Positions 15,746 through 24,492 of a stretch of 34,593 bases of DNA are shown here, piece after piece. Source of the stretch: a virus (lineage: Duplodnaviria; Caudoviricetes); the IMG/VR virus record IMGVR_UViG_3300033513_000035, positions 1 through 34,593 of that record. One strand, written 5' to 3'. Under the pieces are notes generated by a model. It was not told the DNA's origin. It did not search any database and worked only from the letters and a program-made list of their open reading frames with translations. Position numbers and translations under genes: made by a program. Each line of letters begins with the position of its first letter. Position 1 is the first letter of the stretch.

Positions 15746-16329
15746 CGACGCGTTTCAGTCCCTATTGTACCATTTTCGGCCGGGGTGTCAAGCTCGTTCC
15801 CCCACGCGTCCCACGAAGCCCTACGCTGCCGCGCGAAGAGCTCCAGGTACGGACCGTCGTACAGGGCCTCGATGCGGCCGTACGCCGCCTCCGGCTTCGT
15901 GGAGTGACGCGCCACGCGCGGGGCGGTGATGACTTGGAGGACGTTCGTCGCCTCGGGCCGGCGGGGCCGCTTGCCCCGGATCCCCAAGACGCACATCTCC
16001 GCCCCCGACCGCGTGTAGAAGCCGAGCCCGGAGTAGGGCCGGCCGTTCGGCCACGTCTTGTTCCACACGAGGGCGATCGTCACGACGCGGAAGCCCCACG
16101 CCTTGAAGATGGGGACGTGCTTCCCCTCGGCGAGGAGCGGAGCCGGGACCCACATGAAGAGGGCACAATCCGATGCCCCCACCTCCCGGACCGGGAGGGC
16201 GGCGATCTCCGCGATGCCCATGCAGGGGTATTGATCCGCGGCGAGTCCGGAGAGCCCCCGGCGCACCTGGAACTTCCACGGAGGATCCGCGAGGATCACG
16301 CGATATTGTGTGCCGGTCGGGAAGTCCAT
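15721..16329 (-). CDS. MT-A70 family adenine methyltransferase
   Basis: ILADPPW, Y.CM...EIAALPV, LFMW, AWGF, GLGFYTR, HSTKP, ELFAR, WGNE. Confidence 0.92.
   Translation of the reverse strand: MDFPTGTQYRVILADPPWKFQVRRGLSGLAADQYPCMGIAEIAALPVREVGASDCALFMWVPAPLLAEGKHVPIFKAWGFRVVTIALVWNKTWPNGRPYSGLGFYTRSGAEMCVLGIRGKRPRRPEATNVLQVITAPRVARHSTKPEAAYGRIEALYDGPYLELFARQRRASWDAWGNELDTPAENGTIGTETRRPGVIIGQ
15764..15791 (-). promoter_or_regulatory. Sigma70-type promoter TTGACA-N16-TACAAT with extended -10 (TGG)
   Basis: Perfect -35 and TGnTACAAT, embedded in the non-conserved tail of the MT-A70 gene. Confidence 0.75.
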
Positions 16330-16332
16330 CCG

Positions 16333-16458
16333 TCACCTCAAAGGTAGGGGGAGCCGGGGTTCTGCGCCCCGGCTCCCGTAGAAAAGGAGGTCCGCCGCGT
16401 TGGGACGCGGCGTGAGGAGGATGGTGTCCTCCTCAATTATAAGGGCATTCTTCGCCAT
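16333..16458 (-). CDS. Possible 41-aa ORF (MAKNALIIEEDTILL...)
   Basis: TGATG coupling with the upstream gene and fills the gap, but its 3' half is a perfect hairpin. Confidence 0.35.
   Translation of the reverse strand: MAKNALIIEEDTILLTPRPNAADLLFYGSRGAEPRLPLPLR
16349..16377 (-). terminator. 11-bp perfect hairpin (terminator/attenuator-like)
   Basis: GGGAGCCGGGG-N7-CCCCGGCTCCC; poor U-tract (CCTACCTTT). Confidence 0.4.
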
Positions 16459-16733
16459 CAGAAGGGGGCGGCCTCGGATTTCGGGGCCTCGGGCGCCGGC
16501 GCGCGGGACGCCTGGAGCTCCCCGATCTTCGCCCACGCCATCCGGGCGACCTCGGCGAGGACCAGGAGGTCCCCGTCGAAGAGGGTCGGGGTGTCGGCGT
16601 AGGTGCCGTCGTCCTTCCGGTACCGCTTCGTGATCGTGACGGAATAGTTCGTCCGTCCCTCCTTGCCGGGGTTCGCCCAGATCGCCGCCTGGATCGGGTA
16701 ACGGTTGACCTTTGCGACGGGTTTGTCCGCCAT
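16458..16733 (-). CDS. Small putative ssDNA-binding protein (91 aa, PC4/SpoVG-like)
   Basis: KPVAKV...IQAAIWAN....YSVTITKRY..DG.Y.DT..L...DLLVLAEVA..AW..I; C-terminal ...APF like SSB tails; TGATG coupling. Confidence 0.55.
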   Translation of the reverse strand: MADKPVAKVNRYPIQAAIWANPGKEGRTNYSVTITKRYRKDDGTYADTPTLFDGDLLVLAEVARMAWAKIGELQASRAPAPEAPKSEAAPF

Positions 16734-17884
16734 CACTTCCTCCGTTCGTCCCGGGCCCACGTCACGTGGGACCCTCGGTATGCGACCTCGTCGTAGCGCC
16801 ACGCCTCGACGGACTTCACGGGCTCGCCGATCATCCCCTGCTTGTGGTGCCACGCGTCAACGTTCGACAGGCTCGGGTTCCTCCGGACGAGGACGCCGTT
16901 CGTCGGGACCACGCCCTCGTATTCCTTCTCCCATCGCTGGTGCTTGTGCCCGGTCTGCACCTCGCGATAGGTGCTCCGGCTCCACTCGTCGTGGGCCTCG
17001 GTCGCGAAGATCATGGGGTACCGGTTCGCCGGGCAATCGTGCCCGTGGTCGAAGCCGATGAGCACGCCGCCGTGCGTGATGTACTTGCGGGGGTTCGCCC
17101 CGAGGTCGAAGGTTAGCCCCTTCCACCCCCGGTACCGCTGCGCGAGGGCGACGCACAGCGTGTAACCCGACGTCGTGTCGTGATTGCCGGGGACGTAGAG
17201 GACGTCGACCCGGCCGGCGACGCGCGCCGCCGCCTCGACGAAGTATGCGAGGCAGTCGAGGGCCGCGGTGTAAACCTTCGCGAATCGGCCGTCCGAATCG
17301 AGGAAGTGCTCGCCCATCGCCGTCTGTTGCCGGACGCTGTCGAAGTGCATCCAGTCGTTCCCGACCGGCATCACGACGCGCCCGATCTTGTAGGGCGCGA
17401 GCTCGAGGAGCATGTCGTCGATGGAATTCTTCACGCGGTCCGAGGCGATGCGGACGTCGAAGTCGTTCCGGGTCTCCTCGTTCCAGGCGTACATTCCGAT
17501 GTGGGTGTCCCACATCCCCCACACGAGCATCTGGTCGCCGGCGCGCCTCGCGGGCCGCCGCCTCCTCGTCGGGCGGACCTCCGCCCGGACGAAGTCGGCG
17601 ATCGCGACCTCGATGGCGTTCGACACCGCGCGCTTGAAATAGGCGGTCGTGATGAAGTTGGGGCCGTCCCGAACCGTCACGCGGGTCGGCACCCAAACCT
17701 TCGGGTCGAGATGCGCCGCGCGGCGGAGCTCCTCGACGCGGGCCGGGCGGTACACGGCGACCGCCGCCTCGTCGAGGGCGGTCCCCGGAACGTGCTCCCC
17801 CGCGGCGATCGCCCGGCGACGGGCCGTCTCCCGCGAGACGCCGAGGGCCCTTCCGATGGACTCAAAGGATTGTTTGCGCGCCAA
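16733..17884 (-). CDS. N-terminal HTH + calcineurin-like metallophosphoesterase
   Basis: SFESIGRALGVSRETARR HTH; DTH, GND, PGNHD, HGH and GHKH motifs; TTG start after GGAGGT. Confidence 0.85.
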   Translation of the reverse strand: MARKQSFESIGRALGVSRETARRRAIAAGEHVPGTALDEAAVAVYRPARVEELRRAAHLDPKVWVPTRVTVRDGPNFITTAYFKRAVSNAIEVAIADFVRAEVRPTRRRRPARRAGDQMLVWGMWDTHIGMYAWNEETRNDFDVRIASDRVKNSIDDMLLELAPYKIGRVVMPVGNDWMHFDSVRQQTAMGEHFLDSDGRFAKVYTAALDCLAYFVEAAARVAGRVDVLYVPGNHDTTSGYTLCVALAQRYRGWKGLTFDLGANPRKYITHGGVLIGFDHGHDCPANRYPMIFATEAHDEWSRSTYREVQTGHKHQRWEKEYEGVVPTNGVLVRRNPSLSNVDAWHHKQGMIGEPVKSVEAWRYDEVAYRGSHVTWARDERRK

Positions 17885-17909
17885 TGCCTTACCTCCGTTG
17901 CAGGGTGCA

Positions 17910-17938
17910 ATTGTACCACGGGAATCGGAGACTGAGAA
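17910..17938 (-). promoter_or_regulatory. Sigma70-type promoter TTCTCA-N17-TACAAT with extended -10
   Basis: TGGTACAAT in the 57-nt gap after the tail/holin genes. Confidence 0.65.
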
Positions 17939-17941
17939 GCC

Positions 17942-18163
17942 CTAATCTATGAGGGTCTTTGCCCACGCGGCGAGGCCGGCGGCCGCGGCGGCGATGGCGA
18001 GGAGGACCTTCTTGCGGAGGGACGCGAACATCTCGCGGTGCTCGCGGAGGGACGCGAAGTCCTTCTGGACCTCGAGGGGGTTCCCCGCGTCGATGCCGAG
18101 CCCCATGAGGGTCTCGCGCACCGTGTCGCGGATGAGCTCGCGGATCTCTTCCTTCGTCATCAA
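17942..18163 (-). CDS. Small protein with C-terminal TM helix, putative holin
   Basis: VRETLMGLGIDAGNPLEVQKDF..LR followed by VLLAIAAAAAGLAAWA; last gene of the tail operon. Confidence 0.55.
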   Translation of the reverse strand: MMTKEEIRELIRDTVRETLMGLGIDAGNPLEVQKDFASLREHREMFASLRKKVLLAIAAAAAGLAAWAKTLID

Positions 18164-21012
18164 TACACCATGATCGCGTAGGCGTTGACGGTTCCCGAGG
18201 GGGCGACGGCCTCGAGGAAGGTCTCGGTCGCCGTCCCGGTGTTCGATAGGTGCTGAACCTCTATTGTATCACTCGCCGTCACGCCCGCGAGGGTGCCGGT
18301 CACGTTTCCGGCCGCGATCACGGTCTGCCACGACCCGCCGTTGATGCGGGCCTGCACGGCGCCCGAGGGCATCGCCGTCCCGATGTTGAAGGTGTAGGTC
18401 CCGGTGACCGGCGCCGCCCACGTCGGGGATATGGTCCCGAAGGGGACGAGCCCCCAATTGGCGTCGTCGTCGAGGGTCGACGCGCCGGGGGCGAAGTCGT
18501 GCGGGCTCGCCTGGAGGGCCTCGTACGTGGTCCCCGATACGGCGTGCCGCGTCTCGACCTCGAGGCGCATCGTCGCCGGCTTGACGCCCGCCATCGCCCG
18601 GAGGATCTTCGTGCGGGAGACGAAGAGGAGCGCCGCGCCGGCGTTCCAGGCCGTGACCGCGAGGGAGGTCGGCGTCCCGTCCGGGTCGTCGATCGCCTCG
18701 GCGCGGTATTGCGTGGAGTTGGCCGCCGGGAACGTGGCGTCGAGCGTCGCGGCGTCGATCGTGATTCCGGCGACCTCGTCGTACGTCCTGAAGTCCCGGC
18801 GGAGGAACGTCACCTCGTAGCCGCGATCGTCGAGGGTCGTCCCGCCCGTCTTCATCGCGTCGTAGGTCGGCGCCGCGGGATACCGGGCCCCGTTGACGGC
18901 GAGCTCGACCGGGGGGTAGGGCCGGAGCGTCCGGTTCGCCATCGTAAGGCTGACCGTCGCGGATTCTCCCTCCGTCGATTCGTCGGTCCGGGAGAGCTGC
19001 CGGACCTGCGCGTGGACGTTGTAGCCGGGGGTGATGGTGTCGTACATCAAATCGCCGCGGAGGACGTACACCTTCGCCCCGATCGCGTGGTCCGCCGGCG
19101 CCGAGTCGAGCATGCCGCGGTACGTGAAGTTGAGGGTCAGATAGGTCGTGCTGTTCGTGACCGAGACGCACGCGAGGAACTCCGAATCTATCATGATCAA
19201 GTTGACGAGGTGCTGTCCGACCGACCCCGCGGAGCTCGCCGCGTCGAACGCCGCGAGGAGCGTCGCGACGGTGTCCTCGTCCGCCTCGACCTCGACCGAT
19301 CCGGGGTTGGCGCCGCCGGCCGCGAGGGCCGTCTTCAGCTTCCCCGTCGCGAGGAAGTCCGCGACCTCGCCCGAGAGGGCGTAGGCCCCCGAGGGCACGC
19401 CCGAGGCGTTCCGCTGGTAGGCCCGGAGGGCGCACGCGCCGGCGCTCGCCTGCCGGCCGCCGCACCACAGGCGGTCGACGACGTCGGGGTAGTTCGGGTC
19501 CCGCCGCGTCAGGGCGCGGGGCGCCTCGATCGCGACGACCTCGTCGGCCGGGATGCCGCCAACGGCCTGCGTGGGGGCCGACCACCCCGTCGCCGGCGGG
19601 GCGGAGCTGAAGCCCGGCGCGTACTCGAATACATCCTGGATCAAGTTGAGCTCGACCTTCCCGTCCGCGAGGGTGCCGAGGCTGATCCTCGAGACGCGCA
19701 TCGGGAGCTTGACGTGCCCGAGGGTGTCGTCGGTCCACGCGACCACGTCGCCGGGGTGCAGGTTCCAGAACTTCCGGTCGACGCGCACGGTCGCCTTCGC
19801 GAGGGGCCGGCTCCGCTCCCGGATCTCCCGGCACGCGATCTGGTTGGCGAGGGCCCCGTCCTTCACGCCGGGGTACCGGATGGTCGCGGGCTCGACCTTC
19901 CCCTGCGCCTTCTGGGTCGCGACGCTCTTCGCCTCGGCGAAGGTTTCAAAGTAGTCGCGCGCCCGGTCGGCGAACCCGACGCGGACCTCGTTCGCGACGC
20001 TCTCCCACGACCCCGGCGCCCAATCGACGATCTCGCAGCAGTTGGCGGAGGTTACTTGCGGGACGAGGTCGACGTCGTATCCGCCGCGGGTCAGGTTGAC
20101 CTTGAACTGCCCCGTCGCCGGGTCGAGGTACATGACGCCGCCGATCTGCCGCTCGAGCTCGCGGATGAACTCGCCGGCCTCCATCACCTTGTCGAGGAGG
20201 ATGGAGATTCCGTTCCCCTCGGAGTACAGGGTATTGCCGACCGCCTGGAGGTTGGCGACGTCGACGTCGGCCGAGGAGAAGCCGAAGCCCCACTCCGTGT
20301 TCGTGAGGATTTCATACAGGACGCACGCGGGGTTCGCGTCGTACGTGTTCACGATGTGCCGGCTCGACGTGAGCCCGAGGCCGTTCGGGAAGCGCGACAC
20401 CTCGAACTTCCACGGCTTCAGGCTCGTCGAGTTGCCGACGTACCCGCCCTCCCACACGAGGTAGCAAGTCCCTCGGTAGGCCGGGAGCGGGTCCTGGTGC
20501 GCGGAGAGGTACGCGTTCACCGCCTGCGTCGCCGACCCGGAGTGCACTCGGAACGTCCCGACCATGCCGCCGCTGCCGAGGTCGTCCCCGCCGAAGAGCT
20601 CCGGCTCGTTCACGTCGAAGGTCCCGTCCTGCACGGAGCCCGACCACACCTGGGTATCGCCGACCCACGCCCGGCGGACGGCGTCGATCCGGCCCTTGCA
20701 CAGCGCGAGCTGCACGCCGACGTCGTACTTGTAGCCCTGCACGAAGGATTGCGAGGACCACAGCCCCGTCTTCATCTTCTTCACGCGGGGGACCTGCCGG
20801 AGGTCGCCGTACCACACGACGTTCGCCCCGTCGATCTTCACCGTGCCCCACGCGACGGGGACGGGGCGGCCCTCGACCGCCGTCGGGAAGTTGAAGTCCC
20901 CGAGCCCCGCGGGCCTCGCGTTCTCCACCGCCACCTTCGGGCGGAGGAGCTCCGAGAGGATCATCGACGCCGCCGCGAGGACGAGCATGTAGCCGAGCTC
21001 AAGGAAACCCAT
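18160..21012 (-). CDS. Tail tip / baseplate hub-central fibre protein (about 950 aa)
   Basis: True start ATG 21012 (TGATG overlap). DFNFPTA.EGRPVPVAWGTV, PAYRG, ANPACVLYEILTNTEWG, NEVRV.F.DRA.DY and L.PGDVV motifs typical of the Phage-tail_3/GTA-like hub. Confidence 0.85.
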   Translation of the reverse strand: MGFLELGYMLVLAAASMILSELLRPKVAVENARPAGLGDFNFPTAVEGRPVPVAWGTVKIDGANVVWYGDLRQVPRVKKMKTGLWSSQSFVQGYKYDVGVQLALCKGRIDAVRRAWVGDTQVWSGSVQDGTFDVNEPELFGGDDLGSGGMVGTFRVHSGSATQAVNAYLSAHQDPLPAYRGTCYLVWEGGYVGNSTSLKPWKFEVSRFPNGLGLTSSRHIVNTYDANPACVLYEILTNTEWGFGFSSADVDVANLQAVGNTLYSEGNGISILLDKVMEAGEFIRELERQIGGVMYLDPATGQFKVNLTRGGYDVDLVPQVTSANCCEIVDWAPGSWESVANEVRVGFADRARDYFETFAEAKSVATQKAQGKVEPATIRYPGVKDGALANQIACREIRERSRPLAKATVRVDRKFWNLHPGDVVAWTDDTLGHVKLPMRVSRISLGTLADGKVELNLIQDVFEYAPGFSSAPPATGWSAPTQAVGGIPADEVVAIEAPRALTRRDPNYPDVVDRLWCGGRQASAGACALRAYQRNASGVPSGAYALSGEVADFLATGKLKTALAAGGANPGSVEVEADEDTVATLLAAFDAASSAGSVGQHLVNLIMIDSEFLACVSVTNSTTYLTLNFTYRGMLDSAPADHAIGAKVYVLRGDLMYDTITPGYNVHAQVRQLSRTDESTEGESATVSLTMANRTLRPYPPVELAVNGARYPAAPTYDAMKTGGTTLDDRGYEVTFLRRDFRTYDEVAGITIDAATLDATFPAANSTQYRAEAIDDPDGTPTSLAVTAWNAGAALLFVSRTKILRAMAGVKPATMRLEVETRHAVSGTTYEALQASPHDFAPGASTLDDDANWGLVPFGTISPTWAAPVTGTYTFNIGTAMPSGAVQARINGGSWQTVIAAGNVTGTLAGVTASDTIEVQHLSNTGTATETFLEAVAPSGTVNAYAIMVY

Positions 21013-21815
21013 CAGTCGAGCCCCGTAGCAAAGGGATTTTTGGTCGGAACGTAGGGGAAGCCGCCGAAGTTGATCGCGTTCGCGAACTTGTCCCGGCAAT
21101 CGGTCGTCAACCGGAGCCGGCACCCCGCCCGGGCGGAGACGGAGAATCCGATCGGGGTGGTCGTGAAGGGGACGAGGATCGTCAGGACGTTTCCGGCCTG
21201 CGCGATCACCGTCCGGTACTCCCCGCCGTACTCGAGGAAGCCGGCGACGAAGTAGTCCGCCCCGAGGGCCCCGGCGCCGGCGAGCGTGATCGTCTCCCCG
21301 CTCGCCGCCGTGCACGTCAGGGCGTGCGTGTAGGTCGCCTCGTTGATCCCGCACCCCGCGTCGAACAGGGTGTGGTTGCATAAGCATTGATACGTGTGCC
21401 GCGGCACCTCGCGGTCCCGGGCCGACGTGATGGCGAGCACCGCCGCGAGGGCCTTCGTCCCGTTCTCGACGAACGTCACGGCGTGGACTACGCCCTTGAA
21501 GTACACGATCGCCTCGGCGTCGCCCCGGTGGATTCGGCGGATGGTGAGGGTCGCCTGGTTCCCCGGGGGGAGGAGCATGTAGCGGGCGGCGAAGTCGTTC
21601 GTCGCCGGCATCCGGACCTCGATCCGGTCCTGCTTCTCGTCGGTGGTATTGACGATCTCGTTCCGCTCGATCGCGTCCGGGGCGTACTCGTAGCCCGAGA
21701 GGGTCAGCGGATTCTCCGACGACGTAAATCGAAACGTGAGGCCGCCGACCGAGAATTCGTAGAGCTCGACGGGCTCGCCCGCCTCGATCGAGGTTTCGTA
21801 GCTGTCGTAGGTCAT
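21012..21815 (-). CDS. Tail tip protein, BR0599/DUF2163 family (lambda gpL-like)
   Basis: C.HTLFDAGCG and GC......C..KF.N..NFGGFPYVP..NPF: four-Cys motif. Confidence 0.9.
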   Translation of the reverse strand: MTYDSYETSIEAGEPVELYEFSVGGLTFRFTSSENPLTLSGYEYAPDAIERNEIVNTTDEKQDRIEVRMPATNDFAARYMLLPPGNQATLTIRRIHRGDAEAIVYFKGVVHAVTFVENGTKALAAVLAITSARDREVPRHTYQCLCNHTLFDAGCGINEATYTHALTCTAASGETITLAGAGALGADYFVAGFLEYGGEYRTVIAQAGNVLTILVPFTTTPIGFSVSARAGCRLRLTTDCRDKFANAINFGGFPYVPTKNPFATGLD

Positions 21816-23509
21816 TCAAGCACCGCCCTCGTCGCCGCCACGACGCGCGCCCCGCCGACGCAGTCGTGGTGCTCAATGATCGGTTCGTCGGTGTCGAGCC
21901 GCGTCCGCTCGACGAGCTCGATCCGGTCGACGTCCGCGACGGCGACGTCCGCGCCCCACACCGAGTCGACGGTGACCTGCTCCTCGTCCTCGTCGACCTC
22001 CGCGGCGGAGACGATCCCGCGGATGATGGACGTCCCGTCCTTCTTCACGACCCGGAGGGCGGCCCGGGGCTTCCGGGAGCGCGCGTGCTTCGCGAAGCCG
22101 CAATTCTGCGCCCGGAGGACCGCGGACGCGGCCTGGAGGGCGGCGATGGGGAGGAAGTCGTCGTAGAACGTCGGGAGGTAGAAGGAGTCGCGCCGGCCGT
22201 GGAGCGCGTGCAGGAGGCGCCGGATCGCCCACAGGGCGGCGCGGGTCCTCGTCACCCATCGCTTCTGCGCCGACCGCCGGTCGACGTCCTGCGGCGTCGT
22301 GACGACGAACGCCCCCGCCCCGCCGTCGACGACCTGGAGCGGCCGGGCCGTCGCCTCCTCGAGGTCCCCCTCGAGGAAGTTGGCGTCCGACAGGAGGAGC
22401 CGCCCGCCGTAGGTCGGGATCCCCGTCGCGTCCGCGAGGTCCACGCCCTCGTCGTAAACCGTCAGGATCGCCTTGATGGATTGCACGCTGCGGGGCGCCC
22501 TCGAGCCCTTCAATTCATCGTTCAGGTACGCGGCGCGGACCGGCATCACGACGGCGCCGGCCGCGAAGGGCCGCGTCGTCGCGCTCCGGAAGGTGACGGT
22601 GGTCGGGCCGTACGAGTCCACCTGGAGGGCCTCGCAGTCGTCGAAGTCGGCGTAGATGATCCCGAGCCCCCCGGCCCGCCAGTCGGCGTAGGCCGTCGAG
22701 TCCACGGTGATCGTCGTCGTCCCGATCGGGGCCGCCGCCGCGAGGGTGCAGGGCTCGTGCCACATCGGGAAGCCGACGGCCCGGCCGTGCGCGTCGAAGA
22801 TGACGTTCTCCAGGAGCCGGCGCTCCCTCCCCTCGACCTGCCACTCCACCTCGAACACCTGCCGGGGGGCGTCCCGGAGCGCGATGCGCTGCTCCGTCCC
22901 GTCGAGGTGCCCGATGACGTCGGTCAAGAAGACGAGGCGCTCGATCATGGGCGCGACCGGGGCGACCGGGAGGACGACCGACCGGACGGCGTCGATGTGG
23001 AGTCGATACGTCGTGCCCCCGACGACGAAGACGAGGTCCCCGTCGATGACGGGGGGCCCGTCGAGGATTATCTGGAGGTCGAGCATGAGGCTCGCCTGCG
23101 GGGCGAGGGTGCGCGGGAGGGCCGGGAGGTTCGTGATGAAGACGCCGTCCCCGGCGTCGTTGACGAAGCTCGTCCAGTCCACGGCGGCGGTCCGGTGGGC
23201 GGAGTACACCTCGATCTGGTCGGTGTAGGTCGCGAGGAGGAAGCCGAGGTCGTACTTCCGTGGCACGAGGTGGATGGTGTCCCACCACGTGTCGCCAGCG
23301 CCCACGCGCGCGAGGAACCCGGCGTGCGCCGCGGGGGTCGCCGCCGGCGAGCCGGCCGACCGCGCCCCGCCCCCGGGCCCCGCGCCGACGAGCGCGCCGA
23401 CCTCGGTCTCCCACTGCGGGGGCGAATCCTCGGTGGCGTACGCGTACGCGCGCGCGACGACGTCGTCCGTGAGCCCGACCTTGCCGATCGCCCCGTAGCG
23501 CGCGGTCAT
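21812..23509 (-). CDS. Virion structural / distal-tail-like protein (565 aa)
   Basis: ERL.FLTDVI...DGTEQRIALRDAPRQ and L.GR..SFYLPTF; position between the TMP-adjacent genes and BR0599. Confidence 0.75.
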   Translation of the reverse strand: MTARYGAIGKVGLTDDVVARAYAYATEDSPPQWETEVGALVGAGPGGGARSAGSPAATPAAHAGFLARVGAGDTWWDTIHLVPRKYDLGFLLATYTDQIEVYSAHRTAAVDWTSFVNDAGDGVFITNLPALPRTLAPQASLMLDLQIILDGPPVIDGDLVFVVGGTTYRLHIDAVRSVVLPVAPVAPMIERLVFLTDVIGHLDGTEQRIALRDAPRQVFEVEWQVEGRERRLLENVIFDAHGRAVGFPMWHEPCTLAAAAPIGTTTITVDSTAYADWRAGGLGIIYADFDDCEALQVDSYGPTTVTFRSATTRPFAAGAVVMPVRAAYLNDELKGSRAPRSVQSIKAILTVYDEGVDLADATGIPTYGGRLLLSDANFLEGDLEEATARPLQVVDGGAGAFVVTTPQDVDRRSAQKRWVTRTRAALWAIRRLLHALHGRRDSFYLPTFYDDFLPIAALQAASAVLRAQNCGFAKHARSRKPRAALRVVKKDGTSIIRGIVSAAEVDEDEEQVTVDSVWGADVAVADVDRIELVERTRLDTDEPIIEHHDCVGGARVVAATRAVLE

Positions 23510-24492
23510 TACACTATCTTCTTATAGGCGAGGCCGGCGTACCCCGATTCGTCGGTGTCCGCCTGCAACCATTGCTTCCGGACCCACGGGAAGAACTTCC
23601 ACGTGGCCGCCCCGATCGCGATCTCCTCGGCCGGCGCGATGTACCGGATGTTCACCACCCGCACGTCCTTCGGGCTCCCGAGGAGGTACCACTTCTCCGT
23701 CGACAGGCCGGGGTCGCGCCGGTAGAAGAGCTGGATCGGCGTGAGGGGTACGTATCCGTTCGACGGGTTGACCGGGAGCCACGCGACGGCGTGCGAGAGG
23801 GGCCCGCCGCGGAGGGAGCCGAAGGAGCACCCCCGGGCCTGCGCGGCCCGGTCGTTCCCCGGCGTCGTGCCCGCCCACGAGACGAGCCAGTGCCCGTTCG
23901 CCGCCTGCCCGGGGAGGGCCTCGGCGTGGGTCGTCATGTAGTCGGTGTTCGTCGTCGAGCCGAGGGCGTCGAAGGGGAGGGCGTGCCGGGAGTCGAGGGG
24001 GTTGTCCCTCGCCGAGGCGACCCCCTGGTACCACACGTGGCCGTACGCGTACTCGCCGCCGGTCCACGACCCGACCTTCTCGAGGATCCCGAACCCGAAG
24101 TGCCGGAAGAGGCCGGCGGCGTACTCGAGGACGCAATGGATGTAGTAGTCCTCCTCGAAGAAATAGTATGCGGTGAAGGGCCCGTCGCCGATCTCGGCGA
24201 CGCGCCGCTGCGTCGTGATGGCGCCGGTGCCGATGAGTCCGGAGCCGGAGTCCTCGGGGTGGTTCCCCGGGGTGAGCCCCGCGGTGTAGCCCGTGGACTG
24301 GTACACCCCGATGGACCCGGTCGACGCGATCGCGTCCCACCGGAACTGCACGTAGCACGTCGAGCGGTGGAGGCAGAGCTCCTTGTTCGGGACGTCGAGC
24401 TCGTCCTGGGTCCACCCGTTCGCCTGCGCGAACGTGGAGAGCTTCGTGAGGAGGTCCTGCTGCGAGGACGCGGTTCCCGTTTCGTACGCCAT
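23509..24492 (-). CDS. Virion structural protein (327 aa)
   Basis: MAYETGTA start, similar to the upstream gene; tail module synteny. Confidence 0.75.
   Translation of the reverse strand: MAYETGTASSQQDLLTKLSTFAQANGWTQDELDVPNKELCLHRSTCYVQFRWDAIASTGSIGVYQSTGYTAGLTPGNHPEDSGSGLIGTGAITTQRRVAEIGDGPFTAYYFFEEDYYIHCVLEYAAGLFRHFGFGILEKVGSWTGGEYAYGHVWYQGVASARDNPLDSRHALPFDALGSTTNTDYMTTHAEALPGQAANGHWLVSWAGTTPGNDRAAQARGCSFGSLRGGPLSHAVAWLPVNPSNGYVPLTPIQLFYRRDPGLSTEKWYLLGSPKDVRVVNIRYIAPAEEIAIGAATWKFFPWVRKQWLQADTDESGYAGLAYKKIV

Noticed and set aside
21013-21876. N-terminal 288 aa of the 1238-aa ORF; similar extensions on ORFs 24493-26826, 8173-9255, 33044-34075 and 1577-2755
   Set aside because: Out-of-frame overlaps with real upstream genes; true starts are marked by stop/start overlaps or an RBS.
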